64,000 nt of DNA from NCBI RefSeq assembly GCF_004152935.1, contig NZ_SETE01000003.1, positions 387,876-451,875 on the forward strand, read 5' to 3'. The notes below the pieces were generated by a model. It saw only the letters and a program-made list of their open reading frames with translations. It searched no databases and was not told the origin of the DNA. The translations under genes were made by a program, and so were the position numbers. This DNA is from Brumimicrobium glaciale. GTDB taxonomy: Bacteria > Bacteroidota > Bacteroidia > Flavobacteriales_D > Crocinitomicaceae. Positions within the stretch are counted from its first letter, which is position 1, and every line of letters begins with the position of its first letter. Shown here in pieces: positions 29,897-38,504 of this stretch.

Positions 29897-30133
29897 TCAC
29901 AACCAACAGAGTTTTGTACCTTTTTCTAGCGCCAAAACTGTAGGATTAAAAATCATTCCCTTTGAATTAGGTGGAACTATTTTCACTTTTAGCTTTTCTC
30001 CTATTTCAATTTTTCCAGTGATCGATTGAATAAAAGGGTTCCAAACAGGATATTCTTTAAAATTAGTAAGTACTTCCCAGATTCTCTCTTTACTTGAATT
30101 AATTACAATCTCTGTTTTAATCTCTTTTGTCAT
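29897..30133 (-). pseudogene. Truncated SRPBCC (polyketide-cyclase/Bet v1-like) gene fragment
   Basis: 78-aa ORF whose N-terminal half resembles an SRPBCC/START fold (EIVINSSKERIWEVLTNFKEYPVWNPFIQS), but it stops after about half the expected ~140-150 aa. Lies directly beside the family-A repeats. Confidence 0.4.
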
Positions 30134-30205
30134 TTGATTTTGTTTTTATTTATTACATCACAAAGATCTGGAAGGATAGTAACTTTCCTCTTGACAAATA
30201 TGAAG

Positions 30206-30436
30206 ACATTTAGATTTTAGAGGTTAGACATTAGACATTTTTAGTCTTCTGTCTTTCGTCTAACTTCTAAAATCTATTTTTTGAAATGAAAATTTTAGAA
30301 GCTAAAGCTAGCTGCACTAATCCCGATGGCTTATCGGGAGCATAGTTTTAACTATTTCTGAGACCAATAAAAAGTATTGATTGTTAGAATTAAGCCAAAT
30401 TTATAAAGTTGTTTTTTTTCTAATTCTACTAAATAT
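30206..30436. repeat. Intergenic repeat family A, copy 2 (tandem with copy 3)
   Basis: ~230 bp. Hairpin tagattttagaggttagac...gtctaac(t)tctaaaatcta, the tttagaagctaaagctagctgcactaat segment, and the cccgatggcttatcggg hairpin. ~90% identical to 30437..30665. Confidence 0.7.
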
Positions 30437-30665
30437 TTAGAGGTTAGATTTTAGAGGTTAGACATTAGACATTTTTCAGTCTTTTGTCTTTTGTCTAACC
30501 TCTAAAATCTATTGTTTGATATGAAAATTTTTAGAAGCCAAAACCAACTGCACTAATCCCGATGGCTTATCGGGAGCATAGTTTTAACTATTTCTGAGAC
30601 CAATAAAAAGTATTGATTGTTAGAGTTAAGCCGAATTTATAAAAGTTGTTTTTTTCTAATTCTAC
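30437..30665. repeat. Intergenic repeat family A, copy 3; includes the last ~9 codons and stop of the Crp/Fnr gene
   Basis: Tandem to copy 2. The segment aagttgtttttttctaattctac that encodes the Crp/Fnr C-terminus (RKKQLL*) is present in both copies. Confidence 0.7.
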
Positions 30666-31209
30666 TGAAAGTCTCTGGTGTCATTCCTAACATCGAAGCA
30701 ATATATTGCAGCGGAACTTCATTAAATAACGCTTTATTTGATTCAAAAAACATTTTATACCTCTGTTCTGCCGACATTGATAAATGACTAAAAACACGGT
30801 CTTCTAAAGTGATGAAACAATTAATCAAAAACTGCTTTTCCAAGGAGTGCCATTGGGAAACAATTTCTCCAATTTTATCATAATTTTCTTTGGTAATAGA
30901 AAACACTTCTGTGTCTACCAAAGCTTGAATAGAGAGTCGAGAAGATTCCTCATAAATAAAACTCGCCAAATCAGTTGAAAAATATCCTTTTGTGGAGATC
31001 CATTGCGTCACTTCATTTCCATCCACTAATGCGAACATGCGTAATAATCCAGATTGAACAAAACTGAGTTTATTACACTTTTTACCTGATTCTAATAGAA
31101 AATCACCCTTTTTAAGCTCAGAATATTCAAAAAGCTTACTGATTTTGTTTAAATCCTCTTTTTCGAGAATTCCAAAACTGGCTTCAATATATTTTTCGAG
31201 TTCTGTCAT
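30637..31209 (-). CDS. Crp/Fnr-family transcriptional regulator (cNMP-binding + HTH)
   Basis: Start set at MTELEKYIEA (ATG at 31209). The ORF-track N-terminal extension MARFYYFTLSQI overlaps the flotillin terminator hairpin and is probably spurious. cNMP-binding beta-roll, then a C-terminal HTH (ASMLGMTPETFSRIRK). Confidence 0.75.
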   Translation of the reverse strand: MTELEKYIEASFGILEKEDLNKISKLFEYSELKKGDFLLESGKKCNKLSFVQSGLLRMFALVDGNEVTQWISTKGYFSTDLASFIYEESSRLSIQALVDTEVFSITKENYDKIGEIVSQWHSLEKQFLINCFITLEDRVFSHLSMSAEQRYKMFFESNKALFNEVPLQYIASMLGMTPETFSRIRKKQLL

Positions 31210-31227
31210 GATTTGTGATAATGTGAA

Positions 31228-31256
31228 ATAATAAAACCTCGCCAATTGACGAGGTT
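31228..31256 (-). terminator. Rho-independent terminator of the flotillin/NfeD operon
   Basis: On the minus strand: aacctcgtcaattggcgaggtt followed by ttattatt. Confidence 0.6.
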
Positions 31257-31279
31257 TTGAAATGTAAAATTATAGTCTA

Positions 31280-32722
31280 TTATTTAGAAGTATCTCCTTT
31301 TGGTTTATCATCTTTAACATCAGCCTTCTTGTTTGAATTATCATCAGCGTCTTCCAATTCTTCACCTTTTAAGTAGTTCGGTAATTGCATTCCCGCCATA
31401 TTAAACATTTCCTGTAATGGCGGAACAGCTTTATACATTCCCGAAATAAAGTTAGAAGTAGCTGTTTTTCCATCTTTTCCTCCACCATTTTCCCAAACAG
31501 TAATTTTGTCAATTTTGATATTTTTAATCGCCTCAGCTTGTGTTTTAACTAATTCAGGTAATTTATCTGCAATTAATAACAGAACAGCATCTTTTGAGTT
31601 GTTCCCAGCTGCTTTTACAATCATATCTAAACCTTGTGCTTGCTTAGTTAGTATTTCATAAAGTCCTTTAGCTTCTGCTTCTTTCTTTAAGAATATTGCA
31701 TCCGCTTCACCTTTTGCAATTCTTCTGATTTGTTCTGCCAGTGCCTCTGCATCAATTTCAATTTTCTGTTTAGAAATTCTTGCTGGAACGATAATATCTG
31801 CTCCTTGCTCAGCTTCCTTTCGTTTTGCTCTGGCTTCTTCAGCGATTTTCTCCGCTGCATAAGCTTCCTCTAATGCTTGTGCTGCTTGAACTTTCTCAGA
31901 AGCATTTGCGATTTTTTCCGCTTCCGCTTCTCGCGCTCTTCTATCAGCATCAGAATTTGCTACTTGGATTTTTGCAGTATTTTCTCCTTCGACAGCATGC
32001 GCATTTGCCGCCGCTACTTGAATTCGTTGATCTTGCATTGCTTGTGCCTCACCAATTGCACCATCTCTCACTTTCTGAGATACGGAAATTTTAGCATCGT
32101 TAATTGCTTTGGCTGCAGCTTCTTTTCCTAAAGCCTCAATATATCCTGACTCATCATGAATATCTGTAATATTCACGTTGATTAATTTCAATCCAACTTT
32201 CTTTAATTCAGATTCAACACCAATTGTAATGTGAGATAAAAATTGATCTCTGTCAGAATTGATTTCTTCAATATCCATTGATGCAACGACCATACGTAAT
32301 TGACCGAAGATAATTTCTTGTGCTAAATCTTTAACAGCATCTAAAGTCAATCCTAAAAGTCTTTCAGCTGCATTTTGCATTATACTCGGCTCAGTAGAAA
32401 TACCAATTGTAAATCTTGAAGGTACATTCACACGAATATTTTGCTTACTCAATGCTTTGGTTAAATTCACCTCAATAGACATTGGAGTCAGGTCCAAGAA
32501 TTCGTAATCTTGAATAATTGGCCAAATAAATGCGGCTCCACCATGGATACATTTCGCTGATTGACCTCCGCCGGTTTTTCCGTAAACAACTAAAATGCTA
32601 TCAGAAGGACAACGTTTGTACCTGCGCATCATAGAAAACAGGAAAACAAATAAGATCAATACAACAGCGGCGACTAAATAAATCCCGCTAAAGATTTCAA
32701 CTTGTGCAATTAATAAATTCAT
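31280..32722 (-). CDS. Flotillin-family protein (SPFH domain + flotillin EA-rich coiled coil)
   Basis: 480 aa. N-terminal TM, an SPFH domain, a long A/E/K/Q-rich helical region, and a basic/acidic tail. Confidence 0.85.
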   Translation of the reverse strand: MNLLIAQVEIFSGIYLVAAVVLILFVFLFSMMRRYKRCPSDSILVVYGKTGGGQSAKCIHGGAAFIWPIIQDYEFLDLTPMSIEVNLTKALSKQNIRVNVPSRFTIGISTEPSIMQNAAERLLGLTLDAVKDLAQEIIFGQLRMVVASMDIEEINSDRDQFLSHITIGVESELKKVGLKLINVNITDIHDESGYIEALGKEAAAKAINDAKISVSQKVRDGAIGEAQAMQDQRIQVAAANAHAVEGENTAKIQVANSDADRRAREAEAEKIANASEKVQAAQALEEAYAAEKIAEEARAKRKEAEQGADIIVPARISKQKIEIDAEALAEQIRRIAKGEADAIFLKKEAEAKGLYEILTKQAQGLDMIVKAAGNNSKDAVLLLIADKLPELVKTQAEAIKNIKIDKITVWENGGGKDGKTATSNFISGMYKAVPPLQEMFNMAGMQLPNYLKGEELEDADDNSNKKADVKDDKPKGDTSK

Positions 32723-32724
32723 TT

Positions 32725-33312
32725 TTATTTGATTTTTGAAAGAGTTTCTACCAGTAATATTTCAGCACTCACGACGCCAACGACTTTAATGACAGTACCT
32801 GTGGACAATACATTATCCTCGTCAGTAAGAGCGTCCAATTCTCGAAATGAACCTTGTACACTAATTTGAATTTTTCCTGTTTTGGAACGATGAGGCCCAA
32901 TAGGTAAATACACTTCTCCAACAGTACCAATTGCATTTTTAATTTTCAGAGTACCATCTTCTGCAAGTCGGCTCATAAAGTAAAACATTGAAGAAGTAAC
33001 AAGCATCATTAATAAACCAGCAATGACAGAAATCAATAAAACGACACCATTAGAAAGATTTAAATCGTTACAAACTACGCCTGTCCAACCAAAAATAGTA
33101 AAGAAGGCAATTAGGTTTTTGAAAGTAAAAAACTCAAATCCAACACCTCCATCATCTGTTTCAAAGTCTGTGCTATCTGCTAACATATCACTATCCATGC
33201 CTCCGCCAACGAAAGTCATCACCAACAAAATACCAAATATTAAAGAACCAATAATGGCAATAATCCAATACGTTTGTGCGTAAACTGTTAATCCGTTAAA
33301 TAATTCTTGCAT
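32725..33312 (-). CDS. NfeD/YqiJ-like membrane protein (OB-fold), flotillin partner
   Basis: 195 aa. TM segments, then a C-terminal OB-like region (GTVGEVYLPIGP...GKIQISVQG...TVIKVVGVV). Ends 2 nt before the flotillin start. Confidence 0.7.
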   Translation of the reverse strand: MQELFNGLTVYAQTYWIIAIIGSLIFGILLVMTFVGGGMDSDMLADSTDFETDDGGVGFEFFTFKNLIAFFTIFGWTGVVCNDLNLSNGVVLLISVIAGLLMMLVTSSMFYFMSRLAEDGTLKIKNAIGTVGEVYLPIGPHRSKTGKIQISVQGSFRELDALTDEDNVLSTGTVIKVVGVVSAEILLVETLSKIK

Positions 33313-33582
33313 TTATAATAGTTTTGAAATTCTTTGAGTTAAGAAGATTTCAGAAAACAAAATAAACATATTTTTTGGTATTGGACCCTTTTTTCAGAAT
33401 GACAATTTTTAAACCATAGATATTGAAGCACATTACCCACAGTTTAATTGGCAACACTTATTTGCTCCAAATGGACTCATTTTTATCATAATCCAGCCAT
33501 TTGATTCAAATAGCATTAAAAAACTTGGAAAATTCATGTATTTATGATAGATTCTGCGATCAAAAAAAATTAACAATAATAT

Positions 33583-35250
33583 ATGTCAATTAAAGTCTCA
33601 AGAAAAGACAGTACTTCAACATTTTTAGGATTAGTCGTAAATAAAACAGTGTTTTTTGCAACAATCGCAGTAATTATATTTAGTGTTGGATTTACGCTTA
33701 TTTTCGAACAACAGGCAGACCATTATTTTGGAATTGCACAAACTTATGTTTCTGAACACGGAGGATGGATTTATACTTTAGCCGTTAATTTATTCATTGT
33801 TTTTTGCCTATACATGGCTTTCAGTAAATACGGATCTATTCGCATTGGCGGACGAAAAGCTAAACCGGAATTTAGCCGTTGGGCTTGGTTTGCTATGCTT
33901 TTTAGCGCTGGAATTGGAAACGGATTGGTGCTTTTTAGTATCGCAGATCCTGTACGTGACTTTCTTAATCCACCACGATTGGCTGGAGAAGATCCTGTAT
34001 TAATTGCACAAGAAGCGATTAACTTTTCATTTTTACACCACGGAATTCACGGTTGGGCAATTTATTCGGTAGTCGGATTATCTCTCGCTTATTTTACCTT
34101 CAACCGAAAGATGCCGCTCACATTACGTTCTGCTTTTTATCCTATTCTTGGAAATAAAATTTACGGTTGGATGGGAGATTTAATAGATATAATGGCCGTG
34201 ATTACCACCTTGTTTGGATTGGCAACAACTATTGGTTTTGGAGTTGGACAAATCAACTCAGGTTTAACCCATGTATTTGGTATTCCAAGTTCTCTGTACT
34301 ATCAAATTATTATTATTCTAGCAGTAACTCTAGCAGCTACAATTTCAGCATTTAGTGGAGTAAATAAGGGAGTTCAAATGCTAAGCAAACTCAATATTAG
34401 AGTAGCTTCTGCCATATTTTTATTGGTACTTATTTTAGGTCCAACAACATATATTTTAAGTGCATACATTCAAAACTTGGGTAGTTATTTGGTGAATTTT
34501 GTAGATATGTCAACATGGACAGAATCATTACGTGGAACAGATTGGCAAAAAACACGAACAATAATGTATTGGGGTTGGTGGATTTCATGGTCTCCTTTTG
34601 TGGGAACCTTTATCGCTCGAATTTCAAAAGGAAGAACCTTCAAAGAATTTATTTTATGCGTTCTCATTCTACCTGCATTGGTAACTTTCTTATGGTTTAG
34701 TGCTTTTGGAGGAATAACAATGCGCGATATTCTCTCGGGTGATACAGCCATGATTGTTGCGGTTGGAGACGATATTTCTACGGCTGTTTTTGTATTCTTT
34801 GACAAGTTTCCAATTGCAATGGTATTAAAGGTTCTTGGCCTTGTTCTCATCAGTAGCTTCATCATCACTTCTGCAGATTCTGGTGCTTTGGTAGTAGACA
34901 GCATAACATCAGGAGGGAAATTGAAAACACCTAAATACCAAAGGGTTATTTGGGCTGTAGCAACTGGACTAATTGCGGCAGTCTTAATGTACGGTGGTGG
35001 TTTAAATGCCCTGCAAACCGTCTTCACTATTTCTGGACTTCCCTTCGCTATTCTATTGGTCATCATGTGTTTTTCGTTGTATTCAGGTGTCAAAGAAGAT
35101 TACAATAAAGCTGAAAGAAAAGAAAAACTCGTTGAACGGGAGGATTACAAACAAAACATTCTTCAATTGGTAAATAAAGACCGAGAGGAACGGAGTTTAG
35201 ATAAAATTGATCCGGAAGATAAAGATGATTCACAAACATTAAGTGATTAA
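33583..35250 (+). CDS. BCCT-family (betaine/carnitine/choline) transporter
   Basis: 555 aa with 12 TM helices and BCCT-like conserved Trp-rich segments (WTIFYWGWWISWSPFVG-like: MYWGWWISWSPFVGTF). Confidence 0.85.
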   Translation: MSIKVSRKDSTSTFLGLVVNKTVFFATIAVIIFSVGFTLIFEQQADHYFGIAQTYVSEHGGWIYTLAVNLFIVFCLYMAFSKYGSIRIGGRKAKPEFSRWAWFAMLFSAGIGNGLVLFSIADPVRDFLNPPRLAGEDPVLIAQEAINFSFLHHGIHGWAIYSVVGLSLAYFTFNRKMPLTLRSAFYPILGNKIYGWMGDLIDIMAVITTLFGLATTIGFGVGQINSGLTHVFGIPSSLYYQIIIILAVTLAATISAFSGVNKGVQMLSKLNIRVASAIFLLVLILGPTTYILSAYIQNLGSYLVNFVDMSTWTESLRGTDWQKTRTIMYWGWWISWSPFVGTFIARISKGRTFKEFILCVLILPALVTFLWFSAFGGITMRDILSGDTAMIVAVGDDISTAVFVFFDKFPIAMVLKVLGLVLISSFIITSADSGALVVDSITSGGKLKTPKYQRVIWAVATGLIAAVLMYGGGLNALQTVFTISGLPFAILLVIMCFSLYSGVKEDYNKAERKEKLVEREDYKQNILQLVNKDREERSLDKIDPEDKDDSQTLSD

Positions 35251-35310
35251 AATAAGGTAAAACAAATCACAGGTATTAATAATTAATTGCGTTAAAATAG
35301 ATTCAAAATA

Positions 35311-36189
35311 ATGGGGAGAAAGATAAATTTAAACTCGAATTTAAAAATAATGGTAGCGATGGATCTAACTAAAATGGATGCCATTCTCTTGAATTACGTG
35401 AGTTTTTTGTGTTCGGTTTGGGGAACGGAACACATTTACTTCACGCACAACATTAAACAATATAAATTAGAAAGTCTACAGGATAGTTTTTTGGAAGAAG
35501 GAATTTCCATTGAAAATATCATTGATAAAGAATTACAAAGATCAATAAAAGAAAATTACACAGCTGATATTCCTTACACTATTTTACTCACAGCAGACGA
35601 TTACACCGAAAGTATTCTCACACATTTGTCTAAAGAGTATAAGATAGATATTATGATTACAGGGAATAAAAACGAATTGCAAGGAACGGGTGCATTGAAC
35701 CAAAAGCTTGTGCGAATGTTAGACGCAAATGTTTTACTAGTACCAGAAAAAACAAGAAATCAACTAAAAAAAGTATTGATCCCTACAGATTTTAGTTCAG
35801 CTTCAGCAAATTCTTTTGAAGAAACACAAATCTTAATAGCAAGCTCAAAAGGTGAAATTGAAGCTTTGCATGTTTACAATATTCCATCATTTTTCTTTCC
35901 ATATATCAACACTGAAAAAGCAATTGATAAAACCAAAAAGCAACTGAAAGAAAAAGTTCAACAGTTCAAAAAACGCTATAAACTTACAGAAGATATTGAT
36001 TTCAAATATATGGACAGAAAAGAATTCTCGGTAGTAGAAGCCATTGAAGAACATGCAGAAAAGGGTGATTTTGATATTATAGTCGTTTCTGCTAGAGGTG
36101 GAAACAAAATCGCTTCGTTGTTTATTGGAAGTGTGACGAATGATTTATTGATTAGGAATAGGAGAATGCCATTGTTAGTGATTAATTAA
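35311..36189 (+). CDS. Universal stress protein (tandem UspA domains)
   Basis: 292 aa with two Usp-like alpha/beta domains. C-terminus GSVTNDLLIRNRRMPLLVI. The actual start may be Met-14 at 35350. Confidence 0.7.
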   Translation: MGRKINLNSNLKIMVAMDLTKMDAILLNYVSFLCSVWGTEHIYFTHNIKQYKLESLQDSFLEEGISIENIIDKELQRSIKENYTADIPYTILLTADDYTESILTHLSKEYKIDIMITGNKNELQGTGALNQKLVRMLDANVLLVPEKTRNQLKKVLIPTDFSSASANSFEETQILIASSKGEIEALHVYNIPSFFFPYINTEKAIDKTKKQLKEKVQQFKKRYKLTEDIDFKYMDRKEFSVVEAIEEHAEKGDFDIIVVSARGGNKIASLFIGSVTNDLLIRNRRMPLLVIN

Positions 36190-36204
36190 TCTGTTCTACA
36201 GGGT

Positions 36205-36285
36205 TGGTGTAGGTCCGGTTTGCAACCGACTTTGCCTAACCACCCCTGCAAACCGTCCTTAACGAACAGCCCCTGCAAAACCTTC
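36205..36285. repeat. GGTTTGCAA-type palindromic intergenic repeat cluster (family C)
   Basis: ggtccggtttgcaaccgac, then the inverted copies cccctgcaaaccgtcc and cccctgcaaaacc. Related units occur at 43556..43582 and 54411..54468. Confidence 0.55.
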
Positions 36286-36286
36286 T

Positions 36287-36631
36287 CTATTTAGTACTCA
36301 CAACCTGCAATCCAACAATAGAAATAACCAATGTCATCAGGAAGAATAATCTCCAAAAACTAACCGGTTCTTTAAATAGAATAATACCTGCGATTACTGT
36401 TCCGATGGCGCCAATTGCACCCCAAACAGCATAAGCTGTGCCAACAGGAATCGCGTTTTCTCCACCCATCGCTTTAAAAAGTAAATACATACTCACACTC
36501 ACGCAAATTGCAAAAGCTATGAGCCACATCCATAATTCTTTTCCTGAGGTTTGTTGTGCTTTTCCTAAGCTAATGGCAAATCCCGTTTCAAATAATCCTC
36601 CAATAATTAATAAAATCCAATTGATACTCAT
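36287..36631 (-). CDS. sugE: SMR-family small multidrug/guanidinium exporter (SugE/Gdx-like)
   Basis: 114 aa with four TM helices, the conserved Glu in TM1 (GGLFETGFA), and a SugE-like GxAY motif. Confidence 0.75.
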   Translation of the reverse strand: MSINWILLIIGGLFETGFAISLGKAQQTSGKELWMWLIAFAICVSVSMYLLFKAMGGENAIPVGTAYAVWGAIGAIGTVIAGIILFKEPVSFWRLFFLMTLVISIVGLQVVSTK

Positions 36632-36839
36632 GTTTTTATTTTCTGTCTTTAAAGTGTTATTAAAAAAATGTTTCGCTGTGTTAAAAGCCGCGGAAAAGAT
36701 ACACTTTGTTTTAGTGAATTACCAATAAATACATCTTTGAGTGAATGATTTTGATTAAATTGAACAGCTCAATGTAAGCAGAAACCTTACATAAACTTTA
36801 AGCTTCAAACAGTTAAAATTCTTTTTCAAAATAATTCCC

Positions 36840-36847
36840 TATTTTTG
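36840..36847 (+). promoter_or_regulatory. Candidate -7 box TATTTTTG for the 36876 lipoprotein gene
   Basis: TAnnTTTG match 29 nt upstream of the ATG. Confidence 0.35.
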
Positions 36848-36875
36848 TATTACATTTTATTTAAAACCAAAACTT

Positions 36876-38486
36876 ATGCAACATCTAACATCTAAGCTTT
36901 TAATTGCAGTCATTACTTGCTTTTTCCTTTTTACAAGCTGTAAAAAATTTGGTTTTGACAAAATAGCTGAGGGCAGCTGGAATCCAAACTTTGCTGTTCC
37001 AGTAGCACATGCCAATTTCGGTGTCTACGATATTTTGGCTTCTCAAGACAGTTCTGATTTAGTTGTAATAGATCCTAATACTGGTGCAATTGCGCTCGTT
37101 TATAAAGGAGAAATTTTAACGATTGATGCTGGAGTTTTGTTAAATATTCAAGACGAGAATGAAAGTTTAAACCTTGATGCTACTGACTTGAATGCTATTC
37201 CTGCGCCTATTTTCAACGGTTCGGTGACTTCGAATAACAATCAAAACTTTGTTTTTGACGCTGGAACTTCGGAGCTCCATCAAGTTACTTTCAAATCTGG
37301 AAACCTAGACATTAATGTTTCTACAGATTTAGCACATGATATTACATGCATTATTACTTTTCCAGAACTAAAAAAGAACGGAATTCCAATTTCAACTACA
37401 GTTTCACTCAATTATTCTGGAAATGTTCCACAAAGTGACAATGCTTCGGTTAATCTTTTAGAGGCGATTGGAGATTTTACTTTAGGAAATACCACTTTTA
37501 ATCAACTCGATGCTGAGATATCTATAACGATAAACGGAACTGGTCAACCAATAACAGGAACGGAGGATATAGACATTGAATTTGCTTTTAGTAATCTCGA
37601 TTTTAAAAATGCGAACGGATATTTCGGTCAGAATAATTTAGGGATTTCCGGAGATTCAGTTCTTTTAAGATTGTTCCAAAATGCCAATAATGGATATTTT
37701 GAATTAATTGATCCTAAGATTACGTTTTTTGCAGAAAACACATTCGGTTTTCCAATACGTATGAATTTTTCAAATTTAAAGACTGTTAATGTCAACAATG
37801 GAAATGAAATTTTTCTATCTGGATTTCCTAGTGTATTTGATATTCCTAGCGCTATTTCAATTGGACAATCATCATTTTCTCAATTTGATTTGAATACTAC
37901 AAACACAACTAATTTATCAACTATAGTCTCTTCTGTACCGAAGTTTTTTGTTTATACAGCCAATGTAGTATCGAATCCTGATGGAAATATTCCACCATTA
38001 AACTTTATCTCCGAAAAAAGTCAAATGAAAATTCGAACTGAGGTTGAATTGCCTATGGAAGGTTTAGCTTATGGATTTGAGTTAAGAGATACAGTTGATT
38101 TTAACTTTAATGAAGATCTTTCACAGTTGGAATCTGTAATGTTTAGATTAAATATAGACAACGGTTTCCCTGTAGAATTAAAGTCTCAAATAACATTTTT
38201 AGATGATAATTATAATCCTATTTTCTCAACATTTAATACACCCGAATCTGTTGTTTCTCCAGCCTTGGTAGATAATAATGGACGTGTGAATCAGCGCATA
38301 AAAAAAATCACTGATATTAATCTGACTCAGGATCAAATTTTACTTCTTTCTGGTGTAAAATATATTCTTTTAAATGCTGTAGCTCAAACGCTAGATGGGA
38401 CTAATGGACAAGTTATAAAACTATTTGATGACTATACCTTAGATTTTAAATTAGGACTTCAGGTTCAAGGAAAAATTAACTTATAA
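36876..38486 (+). CDS. Secreted lipoprotein of unknown function (lipobox FTSC)
   Basis: 536 aa. Signal peptide plus Cys, rich in N/S/T/G and probably beta-rich, with no catalytic motif recognised. Confidence 0.55.
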   Translation: MQHLTSKLLIAVITCFFLFTSCKKFGFDKIAEGSWNPNFAVPVAHANFGVYDILASQDSSDLVVIDPNTGAIALVYKGEILTIDAGVLLNIQDENESLNLDATDLNAIPAPIFNGSVTSNNNQNFVFDAGTSELHQVTFKSGNLDINVSTDLAHDITCIITFPELKKNGIPISTTVSLNYSGNVPQSDNASVNLLEAIGDFTLGNTTFNQLDAEISITINGTGQPITGTEDIDIEFAFSNLDFKNANGYFGQNNLGISGDSVLLRLFQNANNGYFELIDPKITFFAENTFGFPIRMNFSNLKTVNVNNGNEIFLSGFPSVFDIPSAISIGQSSFSQFDLNTTNTTNLSTIVSSVPKFFVYTANVVSNPDGNIPPLNFISEKSQMKIRTEVELPMEGLAYGFELRDTVDFNFNEDLSQLESVMFRLNIDNGFPVELKSQITFLDDNYNPIFSTFNTPESVVSPALVDNNGRVNQRIKKITDINLTQDQILLLSGVKYILLNAVAQTLDGTNGQVIKLFDDYTLDFKLGLQVQGKINL

Positions 38487-38504
38487 ATATTTAAATCACC
38501 AATT

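Noticed and set aside
31210-31245. N-terminal extension MARFYYFTLSQI of the Crp/Fnr regulator
   Set aside because: The extension is the translation of the flotillin terminator hairpin, so the start at 31209 (MTELEKY) is preferred.
36632-36760. Possible guanidine riboswitch (ykkC / mini-ykkC / ykkC-III) in the leader of the SugE/Gdx-like gene
   Set aside because: On the minus strand I found no paired ACGR-loop hairpins (guanidine-II), no conserved GGGA...ACGR guanidine-I core, and no guanidine-III pseudoknot motif. Only a ccgcgg mini-palindrome is present.
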